A DNA stretch of 64,000 nt from Channa argus (taxonomy: Eukaryota). Where the stretch lies: NCBI RefSeq assembly GCF_033026475.1, contig NC_090210.1, positions 19,995,894 to 20,059,893 on the forward strand, written 5' to 3'. Of the stretch, positions 32,733 to 45,026 are shown one piece after another; within the stretch, counting starts at the first letter, position 1, and the number at the start of each line of letters is the position of its first letter. A model generated the notes under the pieces. It saw only the letters and a program-made list of their open reading frames with translations. It had not been told where the DNA came from and did no database searches. Both the position numbers and the translations under genes were made by a program.

Positions 32733-33482
32733 CTGAACAGGGCCTGCACATACAAACATACCCACCTGAAAGAAGAGAGAGAAAAATCAAGCACAAAGCG
32801 CAGAGAGTAATTAAAATATTTGAACAATGATTTATTTAACAAATGCTTTTCTTTAAAAAAGTGTTTGAGAGCGTTAGATAAATTCGCCAATTTTCTTCAT
32901 AACAGGAGAGCAGAACATCTAGTATAATGTCTAAAAGTGGGCTTCATTAGTTTAAGGGATCTGGCTTTTTAAATAATCTGTTTTACTGTATGTCCAACAA
33001 ATCCCATGTCGGATTCTGGTTGTCGTCCCTAAGTCGATTTGTTCCCGCTGGAGAAAAAACACATTTTAAAAATGTCAGTAATGTATAATGTCTGTAATAT
33101 TCTACCTCCCCTGGAGTCAGTAGTTTTTAGTGAATGTTTACTCGAACAGTAAATGGGACATTTGTAAGGGACCATTTTCTGCTGTGAAACAAGTTACATA
33201 TTAGTCTGTTGATTATTTTATGGAGCAGGAAGGTGCACATCAGGTTAGTTAAAATAAATTAGAGTATATGTCCAAAGCAATTACTTCAGTAAGACACTGC
33301 AACTTTTTCTGTCTTTTTAGTAACTGGAGGGCAACAACGAAGCTCTGTGCTTTTGAAGCGACTGAATATCAGGCTTTACATGCGCGATCTTGGCTGCGCG
33401 AATTTGGCTTTGCTCCTTTCAATCAGGTCCATTAGCAAAACAAAAACAATCACCAGATGGATATTTTAATATTATACTGTAC

Positions 33483-33587
33483 CTGTTTCTTTGTGTTTCT
33501 GTCCCACAGCTTCACAGTCCTGTCGTAGGAGGCTGAGATTATGGTGCTGTCAGTGAGTTTGAGCACACTGATCCTGTCACTGTGAGC
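33483..33587 (-). CDS. tep1: tep1 WD40 exon AHSDRISVLKLTDSTIISASYDRTVKLWDRNTKKQ
   Basis: Acceptor tatgctcag|GCTCAC, donor AAACAG|gtacag. 105 nt. Confidence 0.6.
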
Positions 33588-33817
33588 CTGAGCATAAAAC
33601 GTTTAACGTTACACACTCATCATCCAAAGTAAAAACAAAAGTCCAAATTTAATATTTCAATAATGAAAATGCTTTAATGAATAGCCTATAGTTGAAGGTT
33701 CCTGGACACGGCTGTAAAAAACTATACAAACTACAATGACATTGCAGTAAATGCTGTGTTTGTGTAGCATGAGTAAAAATATGATCTGATCTTCTGTTTG
33801 AATTTCTTACAGGTTTT

Positions 33818-33895
33818 CTGATGCTCCATGATGAAAGATTGGGAGGCTGATTGAACCACATGTTGCCCTTTATGTCTCCACACACCACAAACTCT
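33818..33895 (-). CDS. tep1: tep1 WD40 exon (…FVVCGDIKGNMWFNQPPNLSSWSIRK)
   Basis: ttttag acceptor, donor AACCT|gtaaga. In ORF 33649..33921(-). Confidence 0.4.
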
Positions 33896-34374
33896 AAAAG
33901 GACATGCACACGCACACACACAAACTAGATAAGCACGCTAGACAACACTATAATTACAAAATAACCACGAAGTGCACTTCACAAAAGTAGCAGTAATTTT
34001 GGTAACTATGCCTGAATTACAACTAGTAATGGTAATGGCAGTTTTAACCTTTGTCCAAAGTTAAAGCTGTTATCGGGCTTCCCTCCTTGTCATCATTTTT
34101 CAGGTGCATTGCGCAGAAATCTATATTTAAACCAGTGTTGGGGCCTAAGGCAAACTAAGGAAAGAAAGGAAAAAGGAATCATTAACATCTGTGATACACA
34201 ACACATTTGTCAATGAGATGCAGCAACTTAAGATGGTGCTTATGTGGACAAACAGGTCGCAGGAAAGTAGCAGTAATACATTTTAAATAATCATCTTGAA
34301 GGACCTGAACTGTAGGAGTTTTCAAGACCCGGAGATTTGCTGCTTAAGGCCTGAGTTGCAGGTTGGGTAAAACT

Positions 34375-34466
34375 CACAATGAAGCCGATGACAACTTGTC
34401 CTTCTTCCTCACCCAGCAGCCACATGCTTCTCTCATCGTTACTAACCAACCCCAAAATGCGAATCC
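34375..34466 (-). CDS. tep1: tep1 WD40 exon WDHRIRILGLVSNDERSMWLLGEEEGQVVIGFI
   Basis: Acceptor gttctcag|TTGGGATC, donor TTCATT|gtgagt. Confidence 0.5.
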
Positions 34467-34834
34467 GATGATCCCAACTGAGAACATGACAAAGACATTA
34501 AGCACTTTTAAAGTTGACATAATTATTTGGGTCAACCTCTCTTTGTTTAACTAACAATAACCAGAAACATCTCACAGACAACAAAGAAGAACTAGGTTTT
34601 AGGAAAAGCTGCTTCATAAAAATGTATATTGATTTTAAAAACATTTGTAACAAGGTGTGGTTGTGGTAATATTCAGAATATCTATAAAAGATCTGTCAAA
34701 TTACTGAATAATTATTAAATAATATTTATCAGTTTCAGCTCTGTAGAGCATTGAGATCCTAGTGCTAATCAGAAAATTTACTTAAGAGTGACACTAACTA
34801 GAGTGGTGAGATTACTACAAAAAGCAAACAAAAA

Positions 34835-34930
34835 TCAAAACCACTCTGGTTCAAAAGGGGAGACATTTTGAAAAGGTCCCAGGAATGAGCCAGTTAGAGA
34901 CAGCAATCACTGATCATCAAAATAAAATCT
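34835..34930 (+). repeat. Dispersed repeat copy 1 (…ctggttcaaaaggggagacattttgaaaaggtcccaggaatgagccagttagagacagcaatcactgatcatc…)
   Basis: About 85% identical to 36285-36375. Confidence 0.5.
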
Positions 34931-35199
34931 GTGGTCTTAATTAACAATCATCTGTTTCTATTTAACAAAGAAAATTCAAAATTAAGATTCACATTATGAT
35001 GAAAGTAAAGACATCTCCATGTTCATTTAAATTCAAAACCTAACAAACCAGCCTTCGTCAGTTCAAACAATTACTTTTTAAATAAACCTCAAGACCCCTG
35101 AAATACCTCCCCACAGATTTTGGTACATGCCATAAAATGCAGTATTACTCTTTGTCATCCTCCTTGTTTGCGATATCCATTATTGCTCCAGATTCAGAA

Positions 35200-35271
35200 A
35201 CCCCAATCAGGACAGAGTAGTAGAAGAGGCGGACCACTGGATTTCCCATACTGTACGTGGTGACCTTTACC
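35200..35271 (-). CDS. tep1: tep1 candidate WD40 exon LVKVTTYSMGNPVVRLFYYSVLIG
   Basis: Acceptor gtgttacag|CCTGG. Weak donor, and read-through hits a stop within 25 codons. Tentative. Confidence 0.3.
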
Positions 35272-36284
35272 AGGCTGTAACACAGAATAAAGTGGGCCCG
35301 GTTAATGTGCACAATGACAATCATTTCATCTCACTTGATGTCCCTATTTTTATTAAATCTCACTACAATTCTTAGACCTTGTTATAAATACTAGCATGGA
35401 AGGGGTTTGATATTTACACTAGCTGATAGATTCACATCAAGGAGCAAATTCTGTACTGGATCCAGGTTGGATAATTAACTGTGTTCCTGCCAATTTGGTT
35501 CATGTTTGGGACATTAAATTTGGACCAGCATACACCACTGCAACGTAATATCTTATTATAGGGCTATGGTGAGTCGACGAGTTACTTGCTGCTTTGGTTA
35601 TTTCTGTTTCTACAGTATGATTCTAAAGAAGAAAGATTAAAATTGGGGGATTGTGTCTCTCTTTGGGAAGACTGTGATAATGAGAGGATGCAGGGCAGGA
35701 AAAGACAATGCAAGGTAACACCAATGTCCTGCAGCAATAAAAAAAAACCCTGTGCTTGACAAGTTAATCAAAAGCCACATCTGCTAATGCAACGTATAAA
35801 TGCTACTTGGGTCAGTTTAGCCAGGTTTCAGCTGACATCCCAAGACATGGCATTGGATTGAAACATGTTTTTTAATATAGTTTATTTACTGTGTACTGGA
35901 GAACATTACAGTCAGTAAGGGGCTAATCAGCTGGAAGCTTGATGACATGTTTGTAATGATAAATGGTAAATGGTCTGCACTTATAAAGAGCTTTTCTACC
36001 ATTTGCCACTCAGAGCACTTTACTCTGCTTCTCATTCTCCCATTCACAGTCATAAAAGTCAGCGGGCAAACGCTCATCGGGAGCAACTAAGTTGGGGTTC
36101 TGTGTCTTGCTCAAGGACACTTGACTAGCCGGGGATTGAATAACTGTGGGATTGGTGGACGATCGCTCCACCTCGTGACCATAATCACCCATCATTTCTT
36201 CTATCGTGTTGGTTGGTATTTCCAGTTATTTATACACAAACAAAACTTTGTTTTAGTTTTGTTTTTTTCAGCCCTAAATCAATC

Positions 36285-36380
36285 CGCTCTGGTTCATAAG
36301 GGGGGACATTTTGAAGACGTCCCAGGAATGAGACAATTAGAGACAGCAATGACACAGCAATGATGAACTGGGTTGTCATC
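36285..36380 (+). repeat. Dispersed repeat copy 2
   Basis: Matches 34835-34930. Confidence 0.5.
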
Positions 36381-37293
36381 AACCATGTTTTTCAGAGCTC
36401 GCACACATAGAACATTGATGAACTGCCAGCAGGTCAGAGCAGCAATTATTTAAAAAGTAACTATTTGCTCTTATTAAGTGGCTTTATTGTGGAGGCCCTA
36501 AAATGAGGAGGGTCTCAGTAACACTCTGAGGGAGCCACATGGTCAACAAATTGCCCCGCCTTAAGACCTAACCTCTTAAGGTGGGTGTGGATTATTTATG
36601 CATGCACCTGAAACAGCAGGTGCCAGTAATACCAGAATTACCTGAGTCATCTCTGAGTCTCTCTGAGTCATCTCTGCCAGGTAATATTTAGAGAGACACA
36701 TACATGGGCTTTCAAATAAAAAGGGTTTGGACGGAAAATCTGTCTAGGGGACACCACATTTCAGGATTCCCAGCACTTGGGCGTCCTTTATCAACGGACA
36801 ATCACTTTGTGTGCCAGTGTGTGTAACTGAGGGGATCTCACACAGCCCTATCTGTTCATCTGAACTACAAGGGGATGTTGTCTGTCCAAACTATGGATGT
36901 ATAATGAGAAGTGGATACCAGATCAGAACAAGACACTCATTTATTCCTCTGAAAGTTGCTCAGTGGCACACATATTGGGGATTAAAAAAATATTCCTGCT
37001 TTTATAAATTCACTGAATGATTCTCACTCCATGTTTCTGAACCTATGGCACATACGTACCAGCAAACTCATCCAGTCGCGCTTCTCTACTATCCACACAC
37101 ATGAATAGGGATAAAATAATCCTACGGCTCTTCTACATTAAGTTCTGTTCATCTCTTCTCTACAGCTCCTCTTACAAAGTGGTTCATGAAAACCAAAAAT
37201 TAGTAAAAGTTTATTTACTGTTGTTTTATTTGGTTGCTTTCTGGTGGGTTTTCCCCAGATCACCGATTAACAGCGTGGCTGCTTTGTTGTTGT

Positions 37294-37425
37294 TTACCTC
37301 GCACTGCACTGTTGTTGATTCCACACCAGCTTCCACACATCAACACAGCATTTCATGTAGCTGACAGCAAAGTGGCCATCAGGCATGGAGCAGATCGATG
37401 TGATGGTGCTGCCTAAAGCCTGACC
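37294..37425 (-). CDS. tep1: tep1 WD40 exon ALGSTITSICSMPDGHFAVSYMKCCVDVWKLVWNQQQCSAR
   Basis: Acceptor tctgggtcag|GCTTTAGG, donor GCGAG|gtaaac. In ORF 37294..37482(-). Confidence 0.6.
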   Translation of the reverse strand, partial: GQALGSTITSICSMPDGHFAVSYMKCCVDVWKLVWNQQQCSAR

Positions 37426-37512
37426 CAGACGCAAAAGATACATCATGTCACTACAAAAAAAAAAAAAAAAAAACACTTTCAATTCAAATAAATTTTCTTG
37501 TGCATGTCTTCA

Positions 37513-37650
37513 CCTGCTTGTGGTCAACCACCGTGTTGTTCCGCCACAATTCCAGTAAACCTGATTCGTAACCCGCAAGAAGCAAACCATTTTTCGGAGA
37601 AAAGCACAAAGCGGTGACAGGGTCTCTTACTGGACTCTCTGCACAGAAGA
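37513..37650 (-). CDS. tep1: tep1 WD40 exon SPVRDPVTALCFSPKNGLLLAGYESGLLELWRNNTVVDHKQ
   Basis: Acceptor ctgtgcag|AGAGTCC, donor CAAGCAG|gtgaag. Confidence 0.6.
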
Positions 37651-38235
37651 GACAGAATTTGGAGTTAACCTGAGCAACATATCACATCATATAGTAGAGC
37701 TGCACAGTTAATCTTATAATCATGATCATACGGATGCCCATCACATGAACACTAAGGAAGTATTGTGATCAGTAATACTGCAGATGCAGAAGACATTTCA
37801 AACTATGTTGGTGGCTTGTAGCATTTTATGACTAAATGACTTGATTTAAATTTGGCCAAACAATGTGTTGAGAAATCCACATGGTGTGTGTCACTATGGT
37901 TTGCAGAGTTGTCAGAGAGCGCAGCTGCTCCTCTCCCCTTCTCTTTTTTAAAATAATGTCCTTGATTTGTGCACCTTTAGAATTCTTACAATTAAATTTT
38001 CTTATTACGATTCTGATACATAATCCCTAATTGTGAAAGATTGTGATTTGGGAAACAATTCCCCCATCATATTATCCCACAAAGACATCAAACTACTGCA
38101 TATACTGTATGCAAAATTTTATGTTTACTGGTAGACAATGGAAACTTATGGAAATGGAAATGTTAATACCTTGCATTTCATGACTGGTAATTATAGTGAT
38201 AAATTGGTAGAGGCAGAATATGTAGTATTACTTGT

Positions 38236-38363
38236 TGCCCAGTTCCAGCATCGCAAAGAGCAGTCTTCTGAAACAGTGAGGAATTCTGGGACTCCTGCTT
38301 TGTGAACAACTCCAAGAACTGCACCACAGTGACCCTGGAGGTTGTTAAAGTGCTCCACCTATA
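38236..38363 (-). CDS. tep1: tep1 WD40 exon VEHFNNLQGHCGAVLGVVHKAGVPEFLTVSEDCSLRCWNWAT
   Basis: Acceptor gatatag|GTGGAGC, donor CAACAA|gtaata. Confidence 0.55.
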
Positions 38364-38865
38364 TCAAAGACACAGGAAGGAAAATGTGGTAAAATAAGAC
38401 AGTGTGGACTTTTATCGTGGCCCATAACACAGTGCATTACTAAAGATCACAGATAACACAGAATGTGTGAATAAAACCAAAAATGCACATGCAATTGCAG
38501 GGAACATTAAACTAGGACTGGGCCTGAATATTTGATTACTTGGATATTCATCCACTGGGTCGGTATTCGGATATTCTTTATTTTCTTAATGTAAAACAGC
38601 ATTTGCCATTTCTGAAAAATAGATTAGCTGCCCTCCATAACGTCCCTGTACGTACGGCCTCAAGGAGGCAGATACACTATGTGAAATTAGAGTCTTAATT
38701 TAAAATGTGCACAAAAAGCCTAATAGTAAAAGAATTTGTAACTAATTTGTAACTAATACCATGCCTCATGTAATTCAGCTGAACAATTTTTTTATGTCAA
38801 ACTGACAAAAATAGCCAAATTTGACTAAGGTGTAATGGCCCTTCAACGAATTAGAACAGACCTGT

Positions 38866-38930
38866 AGTGGTTTCCAAAGCTGCACTGTGCCGTCATCAGA
38901 TGCAGTAAAAACAGTCATTTCTTCTGGGTT
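38866..38930 (-). CDS. tep1: tep1 WD40 exon (…EEMTVFTASDDGTVQLWKPLQ)
   Basis: Donor CTACAG|gtctgt. Acceptor region is atypical (gttaag). Confidence 0.45.
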
Positions 38931-39061
38931 GACTTCTTTTTTCTTGTCTTAACATCAGAAAAAGAAAAATGTAATGTTGATATTAAAATAAGGCTTGGTG
39001 ACCCATTAGATTGTACAATATGTCAAACGAAAATGTGAGCACATGATTCCTTTTCTGTACC

Positions 39062-39193
39062 TGTGTTTGGGTGGAGACAGCAGTGGTGTATCCGCTGCTT
39101 GTGGGCGGTGATGTGACAGATTTCTATGGAGGTTTCCCAGTTCCACACATGTAGTGCTCCCTCTGCACAGCCAGCCACCACATACTGTCCCTG
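39062..39193 (-). CDS. tep1: tep1 WD40 exon GQYVVAGCAEGALHVWNWETSIEICHITAHKQRIHHCCLHPNT
   Basis: Acceptor ctgtgtgcag|GGACAG, donor ACACAG|gtacag. Confidence 0.6.
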
Positions 39194-39296
39194 CACACAG
39201 AAACACCAACAGAGAATTCCCCTTTAAGGCTGGGACTGGGGCTATGACTATGTCACAGAATAAAGACGTTGTGTATACTTTTGTGTAATTTTCTCA

Positions 39297-39412
39297 CCAA
39301 ACAGCAGACTGAGGTAAGAGGACTCCTCCAGGAGATTTCCCTGAGCTGCTGGCCTGACTGCAGGTCCCATAAACAAAGTTTCCCATCATTTGAGGAGCTA
39401 ACCTGTAACAAA
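39297..39412 (-). CDS. tep1: tep1 WD40 exon VSSSNDGKLCLWDLQSGQQLREISWRSPLTSVCCL
   Basis: Acceptor ttgttacag|GTTAGC, donor GTTTG|gtgaga. Confidence 0.55.
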
Positions 39413-39544
39413 AACGGTGGGTGATGAGGTTTCCAGAGACAATAAACAAAGTATGGAAATATGACTTACTAAAGTAATAACTTTTTGGGGGACCTGTAAC
39501 TCAGGTTATGTATGACACGTCTGTAAAATATAACAAAGGCTCAC

Positions 39545-39653
39545 AACACAGTCTGGAGTCCAAACACAGCCGGTGATCCAGTCTCTGTGTGAGTGAGGGA
39601 GCGACTTAGAAAGAACAGCAGGAGATGAACTCACATCCCACAGCATCAGGGCC
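39545..39653 (-). CDS. tep1: tep1 WD40 exon ALMLWDVSSSPAVLSKSLPHSHRDWITGCVWTPDCV
   Basis: Acceptor gtttcag|GCCCTG, donor TGTGTT|gtgagc. Confidence 0.55.
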
Positions 39654-39859
39654 TGAAACAAATGATCACAGCAACAAGCATGAAAGAGTGGTACAGTATT
39701 ATTATATCCTCAGAAGGATTTTACTACATGGAACACAATGGGTCTAATGCAAGAACCACTTGCACGAACTGCCACTTAAGAGCAATTTAAGATAATTTAT
39801 AGCCAGATGCACAGACCTGAAACATATAATGTTTACAATACTTATATTGAAGTTTGAAT

Positions 39860-39962
39860 CTGATATATTTGCTTGCCTTGTACCTCACTTGTAAGTCGCT
39901 TTGGATAAAAGCGTCTGCTAAATGACTAAATGTAAATGTAAATGTAAATATATCAGACTACT
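39860..39962 (+). mobile_element. Teleost SINE copy ending in (AAATGT)n
   Basis: Same family. A related partial copy lies at 26175-26235 (…gtgtctgctaaatgact). Confidence 0.6.
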
Positions 39963-40054
39963 CATGGCAAGTTGTAATTTGTTAGCGTCATAAAGTTTTA
40001 AATGGAAATGTCTAGTTTTTTGATAAGAAATATTTACGAAAAGAGGGCGGCACT

Positions 40055-40265
40055 GTGGTGTGCATACACAGACAGACCACTCACACTCTCATTTACACCT
40101 ACGGGCAAATTAGATTTAGGTTAGTGCTGCCGCCTCACGCCTAGAAGGTCCCGGGTTCGCATTCCTGGCCAGCTGTGAGGAGTTTGCATGTTCTCCCTGT
40201 GCTTGTTTAATTTATTACCGGCCAGTTACCAGGTTTCTCACTGGAGGCTTCCAGTGAGACATACA
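40055..40265 (+). mobile_element. Interspersed tRNA-derived SINE-like repeat (contains B-box-like ggtcccgggttcgcattcc and gagtttgcatgttctccctgtgc)
   Basis: Shares a block with 29905-30115. The Pol III B-box-like element is a SINE remnant, not a tRNA gene. Confidence 0.5.
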
Positions 40266-40482
40266 GGAGAAAATATTTGCGTGCAATAAATACATCTTAC
40301 GAAAACTAATCTTGTTTTACTTGACCTTTACATGGAATTTACCATCCCAAAGTGTTGCACAAGAAATTAATAACCAAAGGGTTTTGTGCGTGTGTGCAAA
40401 ACCACACATTTTTTAAAAGCAATAAAAGCAACCCATCATTCATGAGAAGGATTGTTGTTCATTCATGTGATTAATCCCACCT

Positions 40483-40628
40483 GATCTTTTCCACCAGACA
40501 GTAACTGTCCACCATTAGGGCTGAAAGCCAGACAGGTGACTCCTCCACTGTGGCCCCTCAGCAACGCATGTGGCTCAATTGGGGTGTCGAGGGCCAGATT
40601 GCTCAACAACCACAAAGCAATAGTGAAG
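40483..40628 (-). CDS. tep1: tep1 WD40 exon DDFTIALWLLSNLALDTPIEPHALLRGHSGGVTCLAFSPNGGQLLSGGKDQ
   Basis: Acceptor gtgattcag|ATGAC, donor GATCAG|gtggga. Confidence 0.6.
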
Positions 40629-40903
40629 TCATCTGAATCACAGTGAAATAGAAAGGTTTAAACTAACAAATGAAAAACATTATTACAGTACATATAAGAT
40701 AAAGTAAGCTGTTAAGGCTTCTTCTACCTAAAATATTGTATATTCCCTTGAAAATAATTTTGTAACATCTGATCATTTTTACTTCAAGAGGCAACATTCA
40801 CCTGAAGCTGTAGCCAAGTAAGTGGAGGTTTGTGCCAATGCCAGAATGGTGCATAGTTGTACACCAAATGTTCCCAGCATTTCCAGACCCACCATCTTTA
40901 CTT

Positions 40904-41046
40904 CCTGTCCTTTTCTCTTCCACACCCTCAGACAATTGTCACTTCCTCCAGACACCAAGAGATCAGATTGAGGCTGCTCTGCATCCAGAACGACCCACAG
41001 CAGACACATTATGGACGCGTCAAGGTCACTGGATTCCCAAAGCTTT
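40904..41046 (-). CDS. tep1: tep1 WD40 exon EKLWESSDLDASIMCLLWVVLDAEQPQSDLLVSGGSDNCLRVWKRKGQE
   Basis: Acceptor tttttttttag|GTGAAAAGC, donor CAGGAA|gtaaag. In ORF 40779..41009(-). Confidence 0.55.
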
Positions 41047-41578
41047 TCACCTAAAAAAAAAAGAAAAAAGAAAAGAACAATGATGGTTTCTTTTTTTTCT
41101 GTTACATTCTCCTCATTTTGTGCAAAATGAAAAAAAAAAAATTTGTGTTACTTCAGGGTGGAAAGAATTTAATTTAACACCAGATGGTTTCAAGATTTGA
41201 GAACAATGTACATGTATGCAGTCACTGCAATATTCAGTACACAGAAGGTTACTGATATTGATATTGTTACTAATATTTTCCATTTTTCTATGTCTTTGTT
41301 ATTCAATTTAATGGCCTTTAACACAATTTGCATGTGTTAATGGGCATTTTAGGCATCTTACTATGGATGGCTTTTTATATATTGATAGGTTTTCGTGGTG
41401 AATGTTGCGTCATAATTATGTGACTGCTGTTGCTGTGTATAGCTACGCAATTTAGAAATGTAATGTTGGAAGTTAAGAATCTGAAGTCATGTTTTCCTTA
41501 TTCTCCATTAGTTACAGTATCATCTGCACATCTGTACTCATTCTGCATGGTCTCTGTCAGGGATCTTTCCAGGCACAT

Positions 41579-41716
41579 ATACACACCTGTGTCATGACTG
41601 AAGAGTTTGACGCCTTTACCAACATATCCCACAGCAGCATAGTCTCTGATCACAGCCACACAAAGTGCAGCAGGCTTAGAGAAGCCAGACTTCCATTTCT
41701 TCTGAGAAGGATTCTG
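41579..41716 (-). CDS. tep1: tep1 exon NPSQKKWKSGFSKPAALCVAVIRDYAAVGYVGKGVKLFSHDTG
   Basis: Acceptor gtttgaacag|AATCC, donor ACACAG|gtgtgt. Confidence 0.55.
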
Positions 41717-42502
41717 TTCAAACTCAAACACAGAAATGACAACAAATATTTTTGATGTACACGTTGATTTGGGGAGAAAATAACTAAAGTGCATTATTCC
41801 CCGTGTTTAAAATACCCAGCTTGTAGTTTCAAGTTTCAACTTCTTCTGAGACAAAGCTATTCAGACTATGAAGAAAATACTACACTGCAGGATCCGCACA
41901 TAGTCCCACATTTCACAAGAAAGTGGCTGAAAAGAAACCCATGATGGTCAGGCTGGATGTTGCAGAGGAAAAAATAACCCATTATTCTAGGACCTGCATC
42001 GTGGACTGAAATGGACCGAGCACAAGAAAAATACTGAGTCATTATAGCAGTTAGTGGAGAGAAAGTAGCATCCTCCTTTTTATTTGTATTTATTTATTTT
42101 TTTAACCTAATTTACTTTTTACTTACTTTACTGTAATTTTTATTATAGTAGATGGAGGCACATGATTCGCTGTGGCGACCCCTGAAAGGGAATAGCCGAA
42201 AGGAAAAGAAGAGGAGGAGCCAGACTCGAACAGGGTCATTGCAACAAGTTACTGAAGTAAATTAACAAGGGCACCCGGAGAAAGGCCTGATGGCCAAAAA
42301 GGTTTAGTAAATAAAATGTGCATAAACTGGATAAGAGTAGTGCGAAGGCTACTAATTTTTGGTACTGTATATCTCAGTGCGGTGACGGATCTATCGTTTC
42401 ACTGTGTGTACAATGGTAAAAGCAAGAAAATGAATATTTTAAAAATAAGTTAGGTGATCTTAATGTAGAATGGAAAAAGTCATAGAAAAGATAAATAAGA
42501 AG

Positions 42503-42562
42503 CTTACTTCACCATTTCTTAATGCAATTACTGAACATCCAAGTCCTCCTGACCAGAGATGA
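42503..42562 (-). CDS. tep1: tep1 exon LHLWSGGLGCSVIALRNGE
   Basis: Acceptor tgtaaaacag|CTTCAT, donor GGTGAA|gtaagc. Confidence 0.45.
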
Positions 42563-43038
42563 AGCTGTTTTACAAAAAAACAACAACACGAGACGTAAGT
42601 AATTTCAACACAAGTGAGAAAGACTTCATATGATGAATTCTCAATTTCAGCACTATTGAAAAAAAGGTTTGCCATATGTGTTTTCTTTTAAGACAATTCA
42701 GTTAAAAACCATTATTCCACACGTAAAAAAATGCAAAACATTACAGGCTGTACTGACAAAGCAGCTCATTGAGCCCTTTAACATTACATCAACGCTCTGA
42801 TGAAGATTCATGCTAGACTCTTTACTGCTGAATGTATTTTGAGAAAACAAACATTACATATGTGTCACTGCAAAGCTTAGATATGTATGTAATATGTCAT
42901 TATTAGTAGTTTGGCCTATGCTAACATATTAAATATTAATACAAGGCAATGTAATATTACTATTAAAGTGCAGCCATCTTAGCCTGCAGAGTTCGGTTCT
43001 GTTTTGTGATCCAGTGGGTGCAGGCCATGATGTCTCAC

Positions 43039-43262
43039 CACGTGATCAGATCCAGCGCTGAGCAGCATGGCTCCGTCATCCAGGAAGGTGAGGGCTTCTA
43101 TAGCGCCACAGTGAGCCTGGAAACATCCCACACAGGTGGAGGTGGGCACTGACCACACCCTGACCTCTCCAGACACAGAGCCAGAGCAGAGCATGGAGGA
43201 GGAGGAGGAAGAAGAGAAGCAGAGACTGCGCACTGAGCACTGGTGACCACGCAGAGACTGAG
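43039..43262 (-). CDS. tep1: tep1 WD40 exon SLRGHQCSVRSLCFSSSSSSSMLCSGSVSGEVRVWSVPTSTCVGCFQAHCGAIEALTFLDDGAMLLSAGSDHV
   Basis: Acceptor gttccctcag|TCTCTG, donor CACGTG|gtgaga. In ORF 42979..43269(-). Confidence 0.6.
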
Positions 43263-43566
43263 GGAACACACAGAAGACAAATAATAGCTATATTAAAGAC
43301 AAGGTAATTATATTCTCACAACATCCATGTTAAATCTATATAATATCTTTACATCACATTAATACTTCTATTCTAAAAATATAGCTTTTTTTCTATGTAC
43401 AGTAACTGTTATGTAAAAAGACAAATTTCTGATATTTCCCTTTAAAGTATTATTAAATCAGATCTGTTTTATTTTCTTTACCTTCATTTTTACAACCAAT
43501 CCTTTAAATTTATAAGAGTAAACAAACTGATTTCTTCTTTTCTCAGTGACACTCACTGTTAAAGTT

Positions 43567-43722
43567 TTATTCTGGAGCCAGTTCCACACGATCACATTTC
43601 CATCCCAGCAGCCAGCAGCCAGCAGATGACCTTCAGGGTCAAAGCTCACACAGTTCAATGGGCTGGAGCTGGGCAATGCTGCTATCTCATGACCTTTGTT
43701 AGAGGACCAGACCTGAAGAGCA
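43567..43722 (-). CDS. tep1: tep1 WD40 exon VWSSNKGHEIAALPSSSPLNCVSFDPEGHLLAAGCWDGNVIVWNWLQNKTLT
   Basis: Acceptor tgctcttcag|GTCTGG, donor TAACAG|tgagtg. In ORF 43458..43793(-). Confidence 0.6.
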
Positions 43723-43959
43723 GTAAAACGTTCAGTAAGTATGATTAAGGATGGATAATGCCGACTGTTCTCTTTGTAGTGGTACAAATACAATTAGAAA
43801 TTAAAATGAGAAGTAAATAACTATTTAAGTAGTACCAAAAAAGTACCAAAAAACAACAGGAAAATGTAAAAGATTTGTAAATGAATAGAAAAATGATAGA
43901 ATTAAACAGATTAAAAACCAACTTTCAGCATGAGGTCAAGGGAAACAGTTGCAAAGTGC

Positions 43960-44025
43960 TTCTGGTCTGCAGCAATATCACTTGCTGTTATCACATGACT
44001 GTGGCCATCAATAAGAGCAGTCCTG
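43960..44025 (-). CDS. tep1: tep1 WD40 exon TALIDGHSHVITASDIAADQKHFATVSLDLMLK
   Basis: Acceptor cattgcag|GACTGC. Donor is poorly defined. Confidence 0.4.
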
Positions 44026-44150
44026 CAATGAAAGGAAGCACAAGTCAGCTACTTCATAAAACCTGTGCCATATCTGAGAACAGCCAACAGGATCCTGGGA
44101 TTGTTACAATCTCAGGCAATTTGAAAAGTCTCCTTCTAACACTTCTTTCA

Positions 44151-44275
44151 CCTGCAGCCATTGTCGATGTCCCAGATCTCTATCCGTCCATCAAAGGAGG
44201 TGGTAGCAAGACGTCCATTGTTCAGAAAGACACAGCTTGAGATTCCGTCACAACTACTTAATAGTGACTTCACTT
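44151..44275 (-). CDS. tep1: tep1 WD40 exon EVKSLLSSCDGISSCVFLNNGRLATTSFDGRIEIWDIDNGCR
   Basis: Acceptor gtgaacag|GAAGTG, donor CTGCAG|gtgaaa. Confidence 0.6.
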
Positions 44276-44908
44276 CCTGTTCACATCGAGGACAAAATTG
44301 ATGTTAGATATTTTTGTCGCTTCATTACATTACTTCTTCGTGTGACATCTAAACAGTAGCTCTATGACTTACATGACTTACTTACATTTACTGTGGCATA
44401 TTATTTGAATATATTTTGAGGATCAATATTGGTAAAAATCAGTCAATTCAAAATCCAATTCTTTCTTTATTAAACTCCTATGTGTTTTGTTCATCTGCAA
44501 GTGTTCTTTCGTTCAAATTTAAACCTATACAGTGAGATTAATATTTTTTTAACCAGGACCAGAACTTTGATTTTGATCAAATAGCCCCTACAAAATAAAG
44601 GGGCATTAAATATTAAACATGTTTAAAATAATCATGAAAAGCATGAATATGACTGGACCTTATGACTTTAGCACAGCACATCTTGCATTTGGCTTTACTT
44701 TTTTGCTGTCGTCATTTATCTCGAAAGAGCTCTAAACCACACACATTTTTTATCTGTAGTATCGGTATCTATGACTTATATTGCTATTAGCATTGGGGCA
44801 TCGCTAAAGAACATAGAGAAAAGGTGATAAAAAAAATTACATTTCCCTTTAAAAACGGTCCACGTAAACTCCCACTCCTGGAGTTAAAGTGTGTTCATAC
44901 CTGTCCCG

Positions 44909-45026
44909 TTTGTGGGTTGATGAAATGCAGTGTTCCCTGTCTAGTACCAGCCACCATGAGCTCTCCATCAGAGCTCAAAGCCAAACAGTTTGGTTCAGAA
45001 GAGAAAGTCGACATCACCTTGCTGTC
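44909..45026 (-). CDS. tep1: tep1 WD40 exon VMSTFSSEPNCLALSSDGELMVAGTRQGTLHFINPQTGQ
   Basis: AG acceptor, donor GGACAG|gtatga. Confidence 0.55.

Noticed and set aside
40140-40172. tRNA-like B-box (ggtcccgggttcgcattcc)
   Set aside because: It lacks an acceptor stem and A-box in a cloverleaf arrangement and is embedded in a dispersed SINE-like repeat. It is a SINE promoter remnant, not a tRNA gene.
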